IMG/VR virus record: IMGVR_UViG_3300025429_000011 | Location: 18,527 to 82,526 of that record | DNA length: 64,000 nt | Strand: one strand, 5' to 3' | Source: a virus | Taxonomy: Duplodnaviria > Heunggongvirae > Uroviricota > Caudoviricetes | Shown here: in pieces, positions 37,088 to 45,362 of the stretch | Position numbering within the stretch: position 1 is the first letter of the stretch | How the letters are laid out: every line of letters begins with the position of its first letter | Position numbers and translations under genes: made by a program | The notes under the pieces: model-generated | Told to the model about the DNA's origin: nothing | The model's database searches: none | What the model saw: only the letters and a program-made list of their open reading frames with translations

Positions 37088-38470
37088 ATGAACGGTTTAA
37101 ATGAAGAATTAGTTGCAAAGTGGAAGCCAGTGCTTGAGCACTCAGATCTTCCAAGAATTGCTGACGCCCACAAGCGTTCAGTAATTGCTACACTTCTAGA
37201 AAATACTGAAAAGGAAATGCGTTCTGAAGCAATGGCACGTGGTTCTTATAACGGTATTACATCTCTTAACGAAACTGGTATCAATGCTGTTGGTACTGGC
37301 GGTTATGGTTCAGCTGGCGGCTCAGGCGTTGCTGGTTACGATCCAATCCTTATCTCATTGATTCGTCGTGCAATGCCTAATCTTATTGCTTATGACGTTT
37401 GCGGTGTTCAACCAATGACTGGTCCAACTGGACTTATCTTTGCTATGCGTTCACAATATGCAAACTCAACTGCAAAAGGTTCAGAAACATTCTATGACGA
37501 AGTTAACACTGGTATGTCATCTGGCTTCAATGGCACTGGCGTATTTGGTCAAGGTACTGGTTCAGGCATTGGTGCTAACAACGTTGGTTCAACACCTGAC
37601 AACACTGGCGGTGTTGGTTCATACAACTATCAAGCTGGTGCTCCTACATCAACAGCAGAAGCTTTTGGTACAGGTACTACATTCCCAGAAATGGCCTTCT
37701 CAATTGATAAGGTTTCTGTAACTGCAGTATCACGTGCTCTAAAGGCAGAATACACTATTGAATTGGCACAAGATCTAAAGGCTATCCATGGATTGGATGC
37801 TGAGACTGAATTGTCAAACATTCTTCAGTCTGAAATTCTTGCTGAAATCAATCGTGAAGTTATTCGTGCTATTAACATTACTGCACGTCAAGGTGCTACA
37901 GACGGTACTACACAAGCTGGTATCTTCGATCTTGATACTGATTCAAACGGCCGCTGGTCAGTTGAAAAGTTCAAGGGTCTTATGTTCCAACTTGAAAGAG
38001 AAGCTAACAAGATCTCAAAAGACACACGTCGTGGTAAGGGTAACCTAGTTATCTGCTCTTCAGATGTTGCATCTGCTCTTCAGATGGCTGGCGTACTTGA
38101 CTATACACCTGCTCTTGCTTCTAACAACCTACAAGTTGATGATACTGGCAATACATTCGCTGGTGTTCTAAACGGACGCTTCAGAGTATATGTTGATCCA
38201 TATACAACTGGTAACTATATGACTGTTGGCTATAAGGGTGCTAATGCATTCGATGCAGGTATCTTCTATTGCCCATACGTTCCACTACAAATGGTTCGTG
38301 CAGTTGGTCAAGCAGACTTCCAACCAAAGATTGGATTTAAGACTCGTTATGGAATGGTAGCAAATCCATTTGCTCGTTCACAACAAGGTTCACCAAATCT
38401 TTCAGACGGTACACTATCTGCTTCTACTAACAGCTACTATCGTAGAACAATCATCCAAAACATCTTCTAA
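37088..38470 (+). CDS. 23: Major capsid protein gp23.
   Basis: AYDVCGVQPMTGPTGLIFAMR matches the T4 gp23 motif (VQPM.SPTGQVFALR). 460 aa. Confidence 0.9.
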   Translation: MNGLNEELVAKWKPVLEHSDLPRIADAHKRSVIATLLENTEKEMRSEAMARGSYNGITSLNETGINAVGTGGYGSAGGSGVAGYDPILISLIRRAMPNLIAYDVCGVQPMTGPTGLIFAMRSQYANSTAKGSETFYDEVNTGMSSGFNGTGVFGQGTGSGIGANNVGSTPDNTGGVGSYNYQAGAPTSTAEAFGTGTTFPEMAFSIDKVSVTAVSRALKAEYTIELAQDLKAIHGLDAETELSNILQSEILAEINREVIRAINITARQGATDGTTQAGIFDLDTDSNGRWSVEKFKGLMFQLEREANKISKDTRRGKGNLVICSSDVASALQMAGVLDYTPALASNNLQVDDTGNTFAGVLNGRFRVYVDPYTTGNYMTVGYKGANAFDAGIFYCPYVPLQMVRAVGQADFQPKIGFKTRYGMVANPFARSQQGSPNLSDGTLSASTNSYYRRTIIQNIF

Positions 38471-38496
38471 TAGAAGAACCGGGTTAACCGGTCGAA

Positions 38497-38529
38497 CTAA
38501 AAAAGGCCCCGAAAGGGGCCTTTTTCTTT
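38497..38529. terminator. Bidirectional rho-independent terminator with a 7-bp GC stem and a GAAA tetraloop (aaaaaaggccccgaaaggggcctttttcttt).
   Basis: An A-run and a T-run flank the GC-rich hairpin. It lies between the convergent gp23 (+) and the minus-strand block. Confidence 0.8.
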
Positions 38530-38536
38530 ATTTAAA

Positions 38537-38788
38537 TTATTTTTTATAAAGCCAAGTATTAAATATATCTGCCATTTGACATACTTGTTCACTTGTCATA
38601 ATAACGCCGTTCACCTCATTGCCTGGTGATGCTACAAGTTCATTAATATGCTTACACCATTCAATAGACTTATCTAAAGCCCATTGACGATTCCAAATAC
38701 GATCTGCTTTCTCGCGACGAGCAATACTTTCTGGTGTTTCTTTTGGAACTTCAAATTCTTCATTCATTCTGTTACTACCTTTCTCCAT
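38537..38788 (-). CDS. Hypothetical protein.
   Basis: 83-aa ORF, last gene of the minus-strand block. Confidence 0.4.
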   Translation of the reverse strand: MEKGSNRMNEEFEVPKETPESIARREKADRIWNRQWALDKSIEWCKHINELVASPGNEVNGVIMTSEQVCQMADIFNTWLYKK

Positions 38789-39075
38789 TGACCATCTTTA
38801 CGTTTTAACCAAAGATCGCCATCATCACCTACTGCCATTGTTACTGCTTTATTAGGATCTGGTTGATGCATTCTCACTAATGATATTTTATATTGATCAG
38901 GATTATCAAATTGTGTCTTCTTCATTTCTGTAGTATCAACTTTAGATGCACCATTAAGAGTTATACTAAAAGCAGTATCTAAAGGTACACCATCTGCTGT
39001 TGCTGCTCTTGCTCCTTCAGCAACCAAAGCAAGAGGAGCTACAGGTAGGAATGCAAAGAAACTACGACGATTCAT
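38764..39075 (-). CDS. Small exported protein with a twin-arginine (Tat) signal peptide.
   Basis: MNRRSFFAFLPVAPLALVAEGARAATA carries the RRxFF Tat motif, a hydrophobic core and an AxA cleavage site. Confidence 0.55.
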   Translation of the reverse strand: MNRRSFFAFLPVAPLALVAEGARAATADGVPLDTAFSITLNGASKVDTTEMKKTQFDNPDQYKISLVRMHQPDPNKAVTMAVGDDGDLWLKRKDGQWRKVVTE

Positions 39076-40268
39076 TGTTTCACCTCCGGTAATGGTGCCT
39101 TAGGAGCTAATCCAATCAATGCATCAATCATTTGTGGAGTGACTACAATAGGCAATCCATGCTTATCCAAACCTGAACCAAGACCTTCTTGTACCTTAAG
39201 ACCAGCAACTGCCTGAAGAATAGGAAGTGCAGAAGCAAGCTTAGTAGCAATATAACGATCGTTAACAGCTTTCTGAACTGATTGATCAAACTCAAACGTA
39301 TCTGCCCATCCAATAAAGTCTAGAGTAATACCAACAGAAGCAAAGTATTCTTTTACGCTCTTTTGAATACTTTCCATCATAGGTACCATATCTTCATTAG
39401 CCTGATCAAATGTACGTTTGCCGATTTCAGCACAAACAAGTGTCTGAACCTTCTTACGGCCTACATCATCCATAACATTAGCCAATGAACGCCCATAATA
39501 AACAGATGTAAAGATTACTTGTGGATCATTACGATTACCTTGTTGTGGAACTACACCAAAGCGGTAAAGAAACTTAGCCGCATCAACTTCTGATACAGAT
39601 GCGCCAATAGAAACACCTGCTGTAATATTCAAACCTTCCTTTGATTGACAAGGAAATGATTGATCTGAAGAAGCAGTTCCACGATTAGCAGACTTTACCC
39701 ATTCACGAGAGTAGGGGGTACGATCAACAATAATCAAACGACCTGTAGGTACATAAAAGTCCCAATTCAAAAAGCCGCCTGAATTACTCAACTTAGCATG
39801 AGGAACAATAAAACGCTTTGCAGCAATCTTATTATCACTCAAATATGATTCAGAATCAAACTTGGCTTGAGTATCTTTGTTTGCACCAACATCTGGAATC
39901 CAGAATGCTGATTCATTAGGAAGAATTGTATATGCTTCTGTCTTGTCAACAGTATCAGCATATGCAAATGCCTGTTGAGGATGTGCAATTATCACAAGCA
40001 ATAACAGCGCAGTAGATGCAGCCAGAAATTCTTGAATTTTATTCTTCCAAATAGCAAACAGAGTAACAAAAAGCACTAGCGTTGAAATAAAATACACCGT
40101 GTTATTGATTGCAAAAACAAAACTCGTTGTAAGGTAAGTTGTTGTACTGTTATCAAATTGACTGCCTGCAACAGATCCTGTAATCAAAGTAGCCAAAGGA
40201 TTAACTATACTAATTATTGTCATATAGACAAAAAAAGTAATAGCAGTTTTAATAATATTGCCGATCAT
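39072..40268 (-). CDS. Membrane protein with N-terminal transmembrane helices and a large C-terminal domain (possibly SPFH/band-7-like).
   Basis: IIKTAITFFVYMTIISIV.., ..FISTLVLFVTLFAIW and ..LLLLVIIA are hydrophobic helices. The C-terminal region has an alternating beta/alpha pattern. Family assignment is tentative. Confidence 0.5.
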   Translation of the reverse strand: MIGNIIKTAITFFVYMTIISIVNPLATLITGSVAGSQFDNSTTTYLTTSFVFAINNTVYFISTLVLFVTLFAIWKNKIQEFLAASTALLLLVIIAHPQQAFAYADTVDKTEAYTILPNESAFWIPDVGANKDTQAKFDSESYLSDNKIAAKRFIVPHAKLSNSGGFLNWDFYVPTGRLIIVDRTPYSREWVKSANRGTASSDQSFPCQSKEGLNITAGVSIGASVSEVDAAKFLYRFGVVPQQGNRNDPQVIFTSVYYGRSLANVMDDVGRKKVQTLVCAEIGKRTFDQANEDMVPMMESIQKSVKEYFASVGITLDFIGWADTFEFDQSVQKAVNDRYIATKLASALPILQAVAGLKVQEGLGSGLDKHGLPIVVTPQMIDALIGLAPKAPLPEVKQ

Positions 40269-40291
40269 TATAAATGCTCCATTATAAAGCG

Positions 40292-41077
40292 TTACAGTTT
40301 AATTAAATCTTCTAGTTGATATTTCTGTGACATATAGCTAGAAACATTGTCTAAGACTGTTCTTTCTAAATCACCTTCACGTCTAGGATATTCATTAACA
40401 GTAAAGTCTACATTATTAACTTTTTTAAAAGCTCTAATAATAGCTCTTACTGTATAACCAATACCAGTACCTAAATTTTCCAAACCATTAGCAGGTTTGT
40501 CTATTGCTTTAATTAAAGCTTCACATATTTCGTTTACATGAACATAATCTCTAATACAAGTACCATCAGGTGTATTATAATCTGTACCGTAAAGATTAAA
40601 TTCACCGGTATTTGCAGCTTTAATTAAATTATAAAGAAGACCGTCCGGGTTAGTAGGAGGAAAACCATCAGTTCCTATTACGTTATAAAATCTAAAAATA
40701 GTATAATTAAGATCTTTTTTATTGCAAACTTCTTTTACCACATCTTCACATGCACGCTTTGAAAATGCATATGGATTATTAGGGCTAGATGCAGTCCCTG
40801 AAGAAGCAAAAATAAAATTATTATAAACAATCTTATTAAGTATATTAATTGTTCCACCAAGATTGTTATTATAATACTTAGAAGGTTCTTTAACCGATTC
40901 GTTAACCCTTACTAGTGCAGCAAGATGAATTACTGTATCTACAGAATAAAAAGTGAGTTTATCATTAATATCACCTTCATACTCTATTACTTCATACAAG
41001 TCATTATAATGTGAAAGCATCTTTACTAAATGCTGACCAATATAACCCTTACTGCCTGTAATAATAATTTTTTTCAT
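40292..41077 (-). CDS. NAD-dependent nucleotide-sugar epimerase/dehydratase (SDR family).
   Basis: Rossmann motif IIITGSKGYIGQHL and catalytic YxxxK (YAFSKRACE). Confidence 0.8.
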   Translation of the reverse strand: MKKIIITGSKGYIGQHLVKMLSHYNDLYEVIEYEGDINDKLTFYSVDTVIHLAALVRVNESVKEPSKYYNNNLGGTINILNKIVYNNFIFASSGTASSPNNPYAFSKRACEDVVKEVCNKKDLNYTIFRFYNVIGTDGFPPTNPDGLLYNLIKAANTGEFNLYGTDYNTPDGTCIRDYVHVNEICEALIKAIDKPANGLENLGTGIGYTVRAIIRAFKKVNNVDFTVNEYPRREGDLERTVLDNVSSYMSQKYQLEDLIKL

Positions 41078-41081
41078 TTAG

Positions 41082-41276
41082 TTAACGGATAACTTTCAAG
41101 TGATCAAAAACATAACCTGATGCTTTCAAGAATGTTTCAAATTGGCTTAACACAACATGAAGATTAGCTTCTGTAGCATCAAATGATATTTCTACTGTCT
41201 GGTCAGGATGATCATCCATTCCGCTGTTGACCATATCCATACGGAATGTGTATGTTACACTAAAATCGTCATTCAT
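41082..41276 (-). CDS. Hypothetical small protein.
   Basis: 64-aa ORF in the operon-like minus-strand array. Confidence 0.35.
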   Translation of the reverse strand: MNDDFSVTYTFRMDMVNSGMDDHPDQTVEISFDATEANLHVVLSQFETFLKASGYVFDHLKVIR

Positions 41277-41686
41277 AATATAAACTCCAAATGATCTTCT
41301 ACTACCTTAAAACGCACTGTTTGAGGATTGCCATTAATCTTAGTATAGTCTCTACCCCCATCAATAGCAACTTTATCGGCCGCACGATAATCATGACGGT
41401 ACCGACTATATACGACTTTCTCACCTAAAACAATACCGGTATACTCTACTTCTGTAGCTGAGATGCCATTAGCAATCATTAGATCACCATCCATATCAAA
41501 ATACAAACCAAAATAGTTAGAACCTTCTGGATGAGCTTTTTCTGTGTAGAAAATAGCACATGGAAAGTTGCCCCAGTCTCCACTCTTAAGTCTCAAACAC
41601 GAATCAAAGATATAAGTAGCATTATATTTCTCTTCTATTTTTGCTATAGAATCTGGTCTAAGAAATGATGAAGTGTCTATCCACAT
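41273..41686 (-). CDS. Hypothetical protein.
   Basis: 137-aa ORF with overlapping stop/start with its neighbours. Confidence 0.45.
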   Translation of the reverse strand: MWIDTSSFLRPDSIAKIEEKYNATYIFDSCLRLKSGDWGNFPCAIFYTEKAHPEGSNYFGLYFDMDGDLMIANGISATEVEYTGIVLGEKVVYSRYRHDYRAADKVAIDGGRDYTKINGNPQTVRFKVVEDHLEFIL

Positions 41687-41992
41687 TTATTTTTTCCTAT
41701 AGTACATTGTATAAATTTTTTCTAACCCAACTTTGTTCGGATGCTTATGAATCCATTGTCCTGTATATGGGCTAAACTCTTTTTGGAAGTACAAATCCAT
41801 TATATCGTTTTCTGTAGAAATGGCAATATTTATTTTAGATGCAAGTTCATCAAACTCAGCATCAGTCATAATAGAATCTGAATGTACTTCATAAGCATAA
41901 GCTGCTACTGATAATTTAATTCTATTTCGTCTTTCTATTTCAACCGGTGACCCCCAATTAGACTTAACTTCCATAAAGTCTTCTATACTCAA
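41687..41992 (-). CDS. Hypothetical protein.
   Basis: 101-aa ORF. Confidence 0.4.
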   Translation of the reverse strand: MSIEDFMEVKSNWGSPVEIERRNRIKLSVAAYAYEVHSDSIMTDAEFDELASKINIAISTENDIMDLYFQKEFSPYTGQWIHKHPNKVGLEKIYTMYYRKK

Positions 41993-42348
41993 GACATACC
42001 TACTATATGCTTACAGTTACGACGGAACATAAAAGCCTGACAAGTACAAGACTTATAATTCTCTCCTACAGTTACAATATAAGTATCACCTTTAGAACCT
42101 GTAACTGAAAAAGTGCGCTCTTTTACTGCTTCTGTTTTAAAAGAAGTAGCAGCACCATCCATTTCTATAATATCTTCTTTAGGTATGATACGAAACTTAA
42201 ACTTAGTATTTTCGCTTGTAGTAAGAGCAATAGCATCATACTCTACCCATTTAGGAGTAGCAACAAGCTCTCCTTCATAGGTATAGTAATTTTGTCCCAT
42301 TGTACGGTGAGAGTTTTTAACTGTAACTTTCATTGCTTTGACACACAA
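41989..42348 (-). CDS. SWIM-type zinc-finger protein.
   Basis: C-terminal KSCTCQAFMFRRNCKHIVGM matches the CxCxnCxH SWIM motif. Confidence 0.5.
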   Translation of the reverse strand: MCVKAMKVTVKNSHRTMGQNYYTYEGELVATPKWVEYDAIALTTSENTKFKFRIIPKEDIIEMDGAATSFKTEAVKERTFSVTGSKGDTYIVTVGENYKSCTCQAFMFRRNCKHIVGMS

Positions 42349-42515
42349 GTAATATAAGGATGTAAGGAAGCAAACTCTTTTGCGATCATTTTAGATGATA
42401 CTTCACAATGAGCTTTATCTTTTACTGGTGTCTCAATAGTTACTTTAGATTTCTCTACACCAGTAAAAGATAAAGATACAATCATAACTAGAACATAAGA
42501 CATATTAACGATCAA
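42330..42515 (-). CDS. Hypothetical small membrane-associated protein.
   Basis: 61-aa ORF with a hydrophobic N-terminus (MIVNMSYVLVMIVSLSF). Confidence 0.3.
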   Translation of the reverse strand: MIVNMSYVLVMIVSLSFTGVEKSKVTIETPVKDKAHCEVSSKMIAKEFASLHPYITCVSKQ

Positions 42516-42690
42516 TTGCTAAATCATGATAGTAGTCAGCTGCATCTCCAAGATACTCTTGAAGGCGGTTATCAATTTCTTCTGAATTACTACAAACTAT
42601 ATCATAGGCTTCAGACCAATCCATTAATGGATTTTTATCCATAAGTTCCTCGACCATCTTGTCAAGAATTTGAACCCATAGTTCTTTCAT
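42505..42690 (-). CDS. Hypothetical small acidic protein.
   Basis: 61-aa ORF. Confidence 0.3.
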   Translation of the reverse strand: MKELWVQILDKMVEELMDKNPLMDWSEAYDIVCSNSEEIDNRLQEYLGDAADYYHDLAIDR

Positions 42691-42693
42691 ATA

Positions 42694-43023
42694 TTACATG
42701 CTCCAGTAAGTTTCTTTCGAAGGATCACAAGCAAGAGGAGTAGAAGCAAGAATCGTAACATCCTTGCCGGTCATAAGGCTCTTAACAACCTTAGTACGAG
42801 TTTCTTCCGTATGCTGAGCCTTTGCTTTCTTAAGATGCAGCTTAGCATTACCAATCTTCAAACCCAACTTATGGCAGAGTTCAGAAAGAATAACTTCGTC
42901 GGTATCACCCTTACGAAGCGAACCCATGATAAAATTACGAACTTCATTCCGTTTATGACGCATTTGAGTATCTCCATTTCTCATCTTATAATTAATCATA
43001 GCGGTTTTAGGAAAATAATGCAA
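42694..43023 (-). CDS. Hypothetical protein.
   Basis: 109-aa ORF. Confidence 0.4.
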   Translation of the reverse strand: MHYFPKTAMINYKMRNGDTQMRHKRNEVRNFIMGSLRKGDTDEVILSELCHKLGLKIGNAKLHLKKAKAQHTEETRTKVVKSLMTGKDVTILASTPLACDPSKETYWSM

Positions 43024-43033
43024 CTGTTATTTT

Positions 43034-43405
43034 TTACCCTACCTTAACATAGCAAACTTCTTCGATATCAATAAAATCTTCCTTCACTTCATATTCATAG
43101 TTATCAGTACCGTCACCTAAAAACATTTTTTCACTATATCTCAATTCTTCCATAAACTTTTTATCAATTTTTTCTCCTACAAACTCAACAGATACGTAAC
43201 CAGAATCTTCAAACCGATACCAACCTTTTTTAGTAACTACTTCATTAATAGTATCAACATCACCACCAAAGAATTCTTCTGCCGACATACTACCTAATTC
43301 GAATTTATCCATAAATTCTTTTGCTAATTTGTTCATTTTCATCTCTCCATTTATCATATTATTATAATCGTATAAATCTGATATAAAATCTACTGTTTTT
43401 TTCAT
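43034..43405 (-). CDS. Hypothetical acidic protein, first gene of the minus-strand block.
   Basis: 123-aa ORF. Upstream of it lies the divergent control region. Confidence 0.45.
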   Translation of the reverse strand: MKKTVDFISDLYDYNNMINGEMKMNKLAKEFMDKFELGSMSAEEFFGGDVDTINEVVTKKGWYRFEDSGYVSVEFVGEKIDKKFMEELRYSEKMFLGDGTDNYEYEVKEDFIDIEEVCYVKVG

Positions 43406-43413
43406 AAAAACGC

Positions 43414-43500
43414 CATTGAAATCATTGAGTTTTTTTAGATCTAGCTAACTTATTGAAATCATTATACTTTTTATATCAAAAAAACTCAATGATTTCAATG
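43414..43500. promoter_or_regulatory. Perfect 23-bp inverted repeat (cattgaaatcattgagttttttt ... aaaaaaactcaatgatttcaatg) separated by ~41 bp, in the 166-bp divergent intergenic region. A third partial copy (tattgaaatcatta) sits in the spacer.
   Basis: Read directly. Arms at 43414-43436 and 43478-43500. It lies between the divergently transcribed blocks. Confidence 0.7.
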
Positions 43501-43571
43501 TCGTTTTTTTATAGATTTTATTATAAAAACATGCTATATTTAATTATAAGATAAAATAAAGGAGATAAAAA

Positions 43572-43772
43572 ATGACAAAACGTATTTTCGCCACTTTTGA
43601 CTTCGAGCACGAAACAGTTCTCGGCGACCTTTTAGACCTTTTATTCTGCTATCAAGGTAAAATTGAATCTTTTTTTCCTCGTGAAGATGTATGGGTTTTG
43701 ACTCTATCTTTTTCAGCAGAAAAAGAATTAAAAAGCTTTATAGAAGATTTAGGTCGTGATCCGATTTACTAG
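43572..43772 (+). CDS. Hypothetical small protein.
   Basis: 66-aa ORF with RBS aaaggagat 6 nt upstream. Confidence 0.45.
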   Translation: MTKRIFATFDFEHETVLGDLLDLLFCYQGKIESFFPREDVWVLTLSFSAEKELKSFIEDLGRDPIY

Positions 43773-43827
43773 TTGCTATTATTTTCAAAATACCGTATAT
43801 TAGTATTATGAGAAATGGAGAAGTGAA

Positions 43828-44043
43828 ATGAATGTCAATGAAGCAATATCATTAGCTAATCAGCTTGAACTTTTAATTACTAATTCTCTCACATACAATA
43901 TGTCTCGAGAACAGCTCATACAAGGGATAGGATTTGTATCTAAGGAGCTACGTGAGTATGCGGATAAGCTAGATTCTGATATGTATAACGAATTAGGTCA
44001 TGCATACGAGAAGTATGATGATGCAATGGTTGTTGGAGGTTAA
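43828..44043 (+). CDS. Hypothetical small protein.
   Basis: 71-aa ORF with RBS aatggagaag upstream. Confidence 0.45.
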   Translation: MNVNEAISLANQLELLITNSLTYNMSREQLIQGIGFVSKELREYADKLDSDMYNELGHAYEKYDDAMVVGG

Positions 44044-44044
44044 T

Positions 44045-44449
44045 ATGATCCCTGTTACTTTTCCTGCTGGTCGTTATCTCATTGGTGATCTTTGCTACCG
44101 TGATGAATATATGTGGGATGCTATGCTTAATACACCTATGGGTAAAAAAGGCAAAGTAGAGAATTCCTATGAAGGTACTGTTCATGATTTTTGTATTTTA
44201 AGGACTAAGTGGGGTGATGGTGGTTATGATGATCAATATGGTAACGAATATTTTGTAGATTCTGGTACAATTGGAATTATGAGCTGGAATCAAGATAAAA
44301 AAGATAGCGGTACTGGTCGCACTTTTAATTTTGCCGGTCCGTTTCAAGTATATGAAGAAAACGGTAAGTTGGTTTTTGGTAGTATCATCATTAATACTGA
44401 TCCAGTATATGAAGAAAAAGAAGAATATGAACTAGAGGAGACATTCTAA
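44045..44449 (+). CDS. Hypothetical protein (start taken at the ATG at 44045 rather than the overlapping 44000).
   Basis: MIPVTFPAGRYLIGDLCY... The ATG abuts the upstream stop and is preceded by GGAGG. Confidence 0.45.
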   Translation: MIPVTFPAGRYLIGDLCYRDEYMWDAMLNTPMGKKGKVENSYEGTVHDFCILRTKWGDGGYDDQYGNEYFVDSGTIGIMSWNQDKKDSGTGRTFNFAGPFQVYEENGKLVFGSIIINTDPVYEEKEEYELEETF

Positions 44450-44450
44450 T

Positions 44451-44630
44451 ATGGATAAGCTATTAATTTTTTTAGGTGCTTTGGTTATCATTATCATCGG
44501 ACCGTTTCTTTCAATCTGGGCATTGGATACTCTTTTCCCAGTGCTTAATATCCCCTATACACTTGAAACATGGTTTGCTGCTGCAATTTTGTCAGCTGGG
44601 GTATATACTAGACCTAATAAGAAAGGTTGA
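44451..44630 (+). CDS. Small (59 aa) two-helix membrane protein, not in the supplied ORF track.
   Basis: MDKLLIFLGALVIIIIGPFLSIWALDTLFPVLNIPYTLETWFAAAILSAGVYTRPNKKG. It exactly fills the gap between flanking genes. RBS gaggag. Confidence 0.4.
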   Translation: MDKLLIFLGALVIIIIGPFLSIWALDTLFPVLNIPYTLETWFAAAILSAGVYTRPNKKG

Positions 44631-44632
44631 TT

Positions 44633-44812
44633 ATGTTTAACTTACAGGCTTGCTATTCTATCAATGATATACTATTCTCAGTATCATTGTTTACAATGAT
44701 TTTAACAGTCATTGTTACATTTACGTATTTGATGGTTACGTTGATTAAAGATGCAGTGTTTGAAGTACAAGACATGAAATCTAAGAAAGATAGAGCCATA
44801 AATACTCAATGA
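44633..44812 (+). CDS. Small hydrophobic protein.
   Basis: MFNLQACYSINDILFSVSLFTMILTVIVTFTYLMVTLIK.. contains one transmembrane helix. Confidence 0.35.
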   Translation: MFNLQACYSINDILFSVSLFTMILTVIVTFTYLMVTLIKDAVFEVQDMKSKKDRAINTQ

Positions 44813-44822
44813 GGAGTAGTAT

Positions 44823-45353
44823 ATGGCAATTATTACAGATCAACCACAAAATATTAATTTTCTTTCACCGTTAGGGTTCAGGTTTAAATTAGCCAGAACT
44901 CCTAATGTGAATTTTTTTGTTACTGATGTTAAACTGCCTTCTATAAGTTTAGGATTTGTAGAAGTTCCTTCACCGTTTAAAATTATTGAAATAGCTGGTA
45001 ATAAATTAGATTACGGTGATTTTGAATTAACATTTAGATTAGATGAAGATTTAGAATCTTATTTTGAGATTTATAACTGGTTAACTGCTATCGGATTTCC
45101 AGAAGACTTTAAGCAATTTGCTAAATTAAAAAACTCTTCTAATGCATATGGCTCGCTTCAGACTCAATATTCAGACGGAACATTAACTATATTAACAAAT
45201 GAAATGGTTCCTAATTATGAAGTTAATTTTGTCAATATGTATCCTACAACAATTAGCGATATAAATTTTACAGTTACTGATACAGATGTAAATTATATTA
45301 CGGCAACCGTTACATTTAAATACCAGATTTATCGCATTAATAAAGCCCAATAA
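44823..45353 (+). CDS. 3: Tail-tube-family protein, gp3-like tail completion / tube terminator candidate.
   Basis: The pattern KIIEIAGNKLDYGDFELTFRLDEDLESYFEIYNWL parallels gp19 (KINVAGDRTFDDWTVTVMNDEAHDARQKFVDW). 176 aa, the same length as T4 gp3. It lies next to uvsY, as in marine T4-like phages. Confidence 0.45.
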   Translation: MAIITDQPQNINFLSPLGFRFKLARTPNVNFFVTDVKLPSISLGFVEVPSPFKIIEIAGNKLDYGDFELTFRLDEDLESYFEIYNWLTAIGFPEDFKQFAKLKNSSNAYGSLQTQYSDGTLTILTNEMVPNYEVNFVNMYPTTISDINFTVTDTDVNYITATVTFKYQIYRINKAQ

Positions 45354-45362
45354 AGGTTTGTT

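Noticed and set aside
43406-43571. tRNA gene or transposon terminal inverted repeats in the 166-bp intergenic region.
   Set aside because: No cloverleaf-compatible sequence or T-loop GTTC motif is present. The inverted repeat arms are only 64 bp apart with no transposase nearby. It is better explained as a regulatory operator or hairpin.
44000-44449. Longer 149-aa version of the 44045 ORF starting at 44000, overlapping the upstream gene.
   Set aside because: The ATG at 44045 sits directly after the upstream stop and follows a GGAGG RBS. The upstream extension simply overlaps the preceding gene in another frame.
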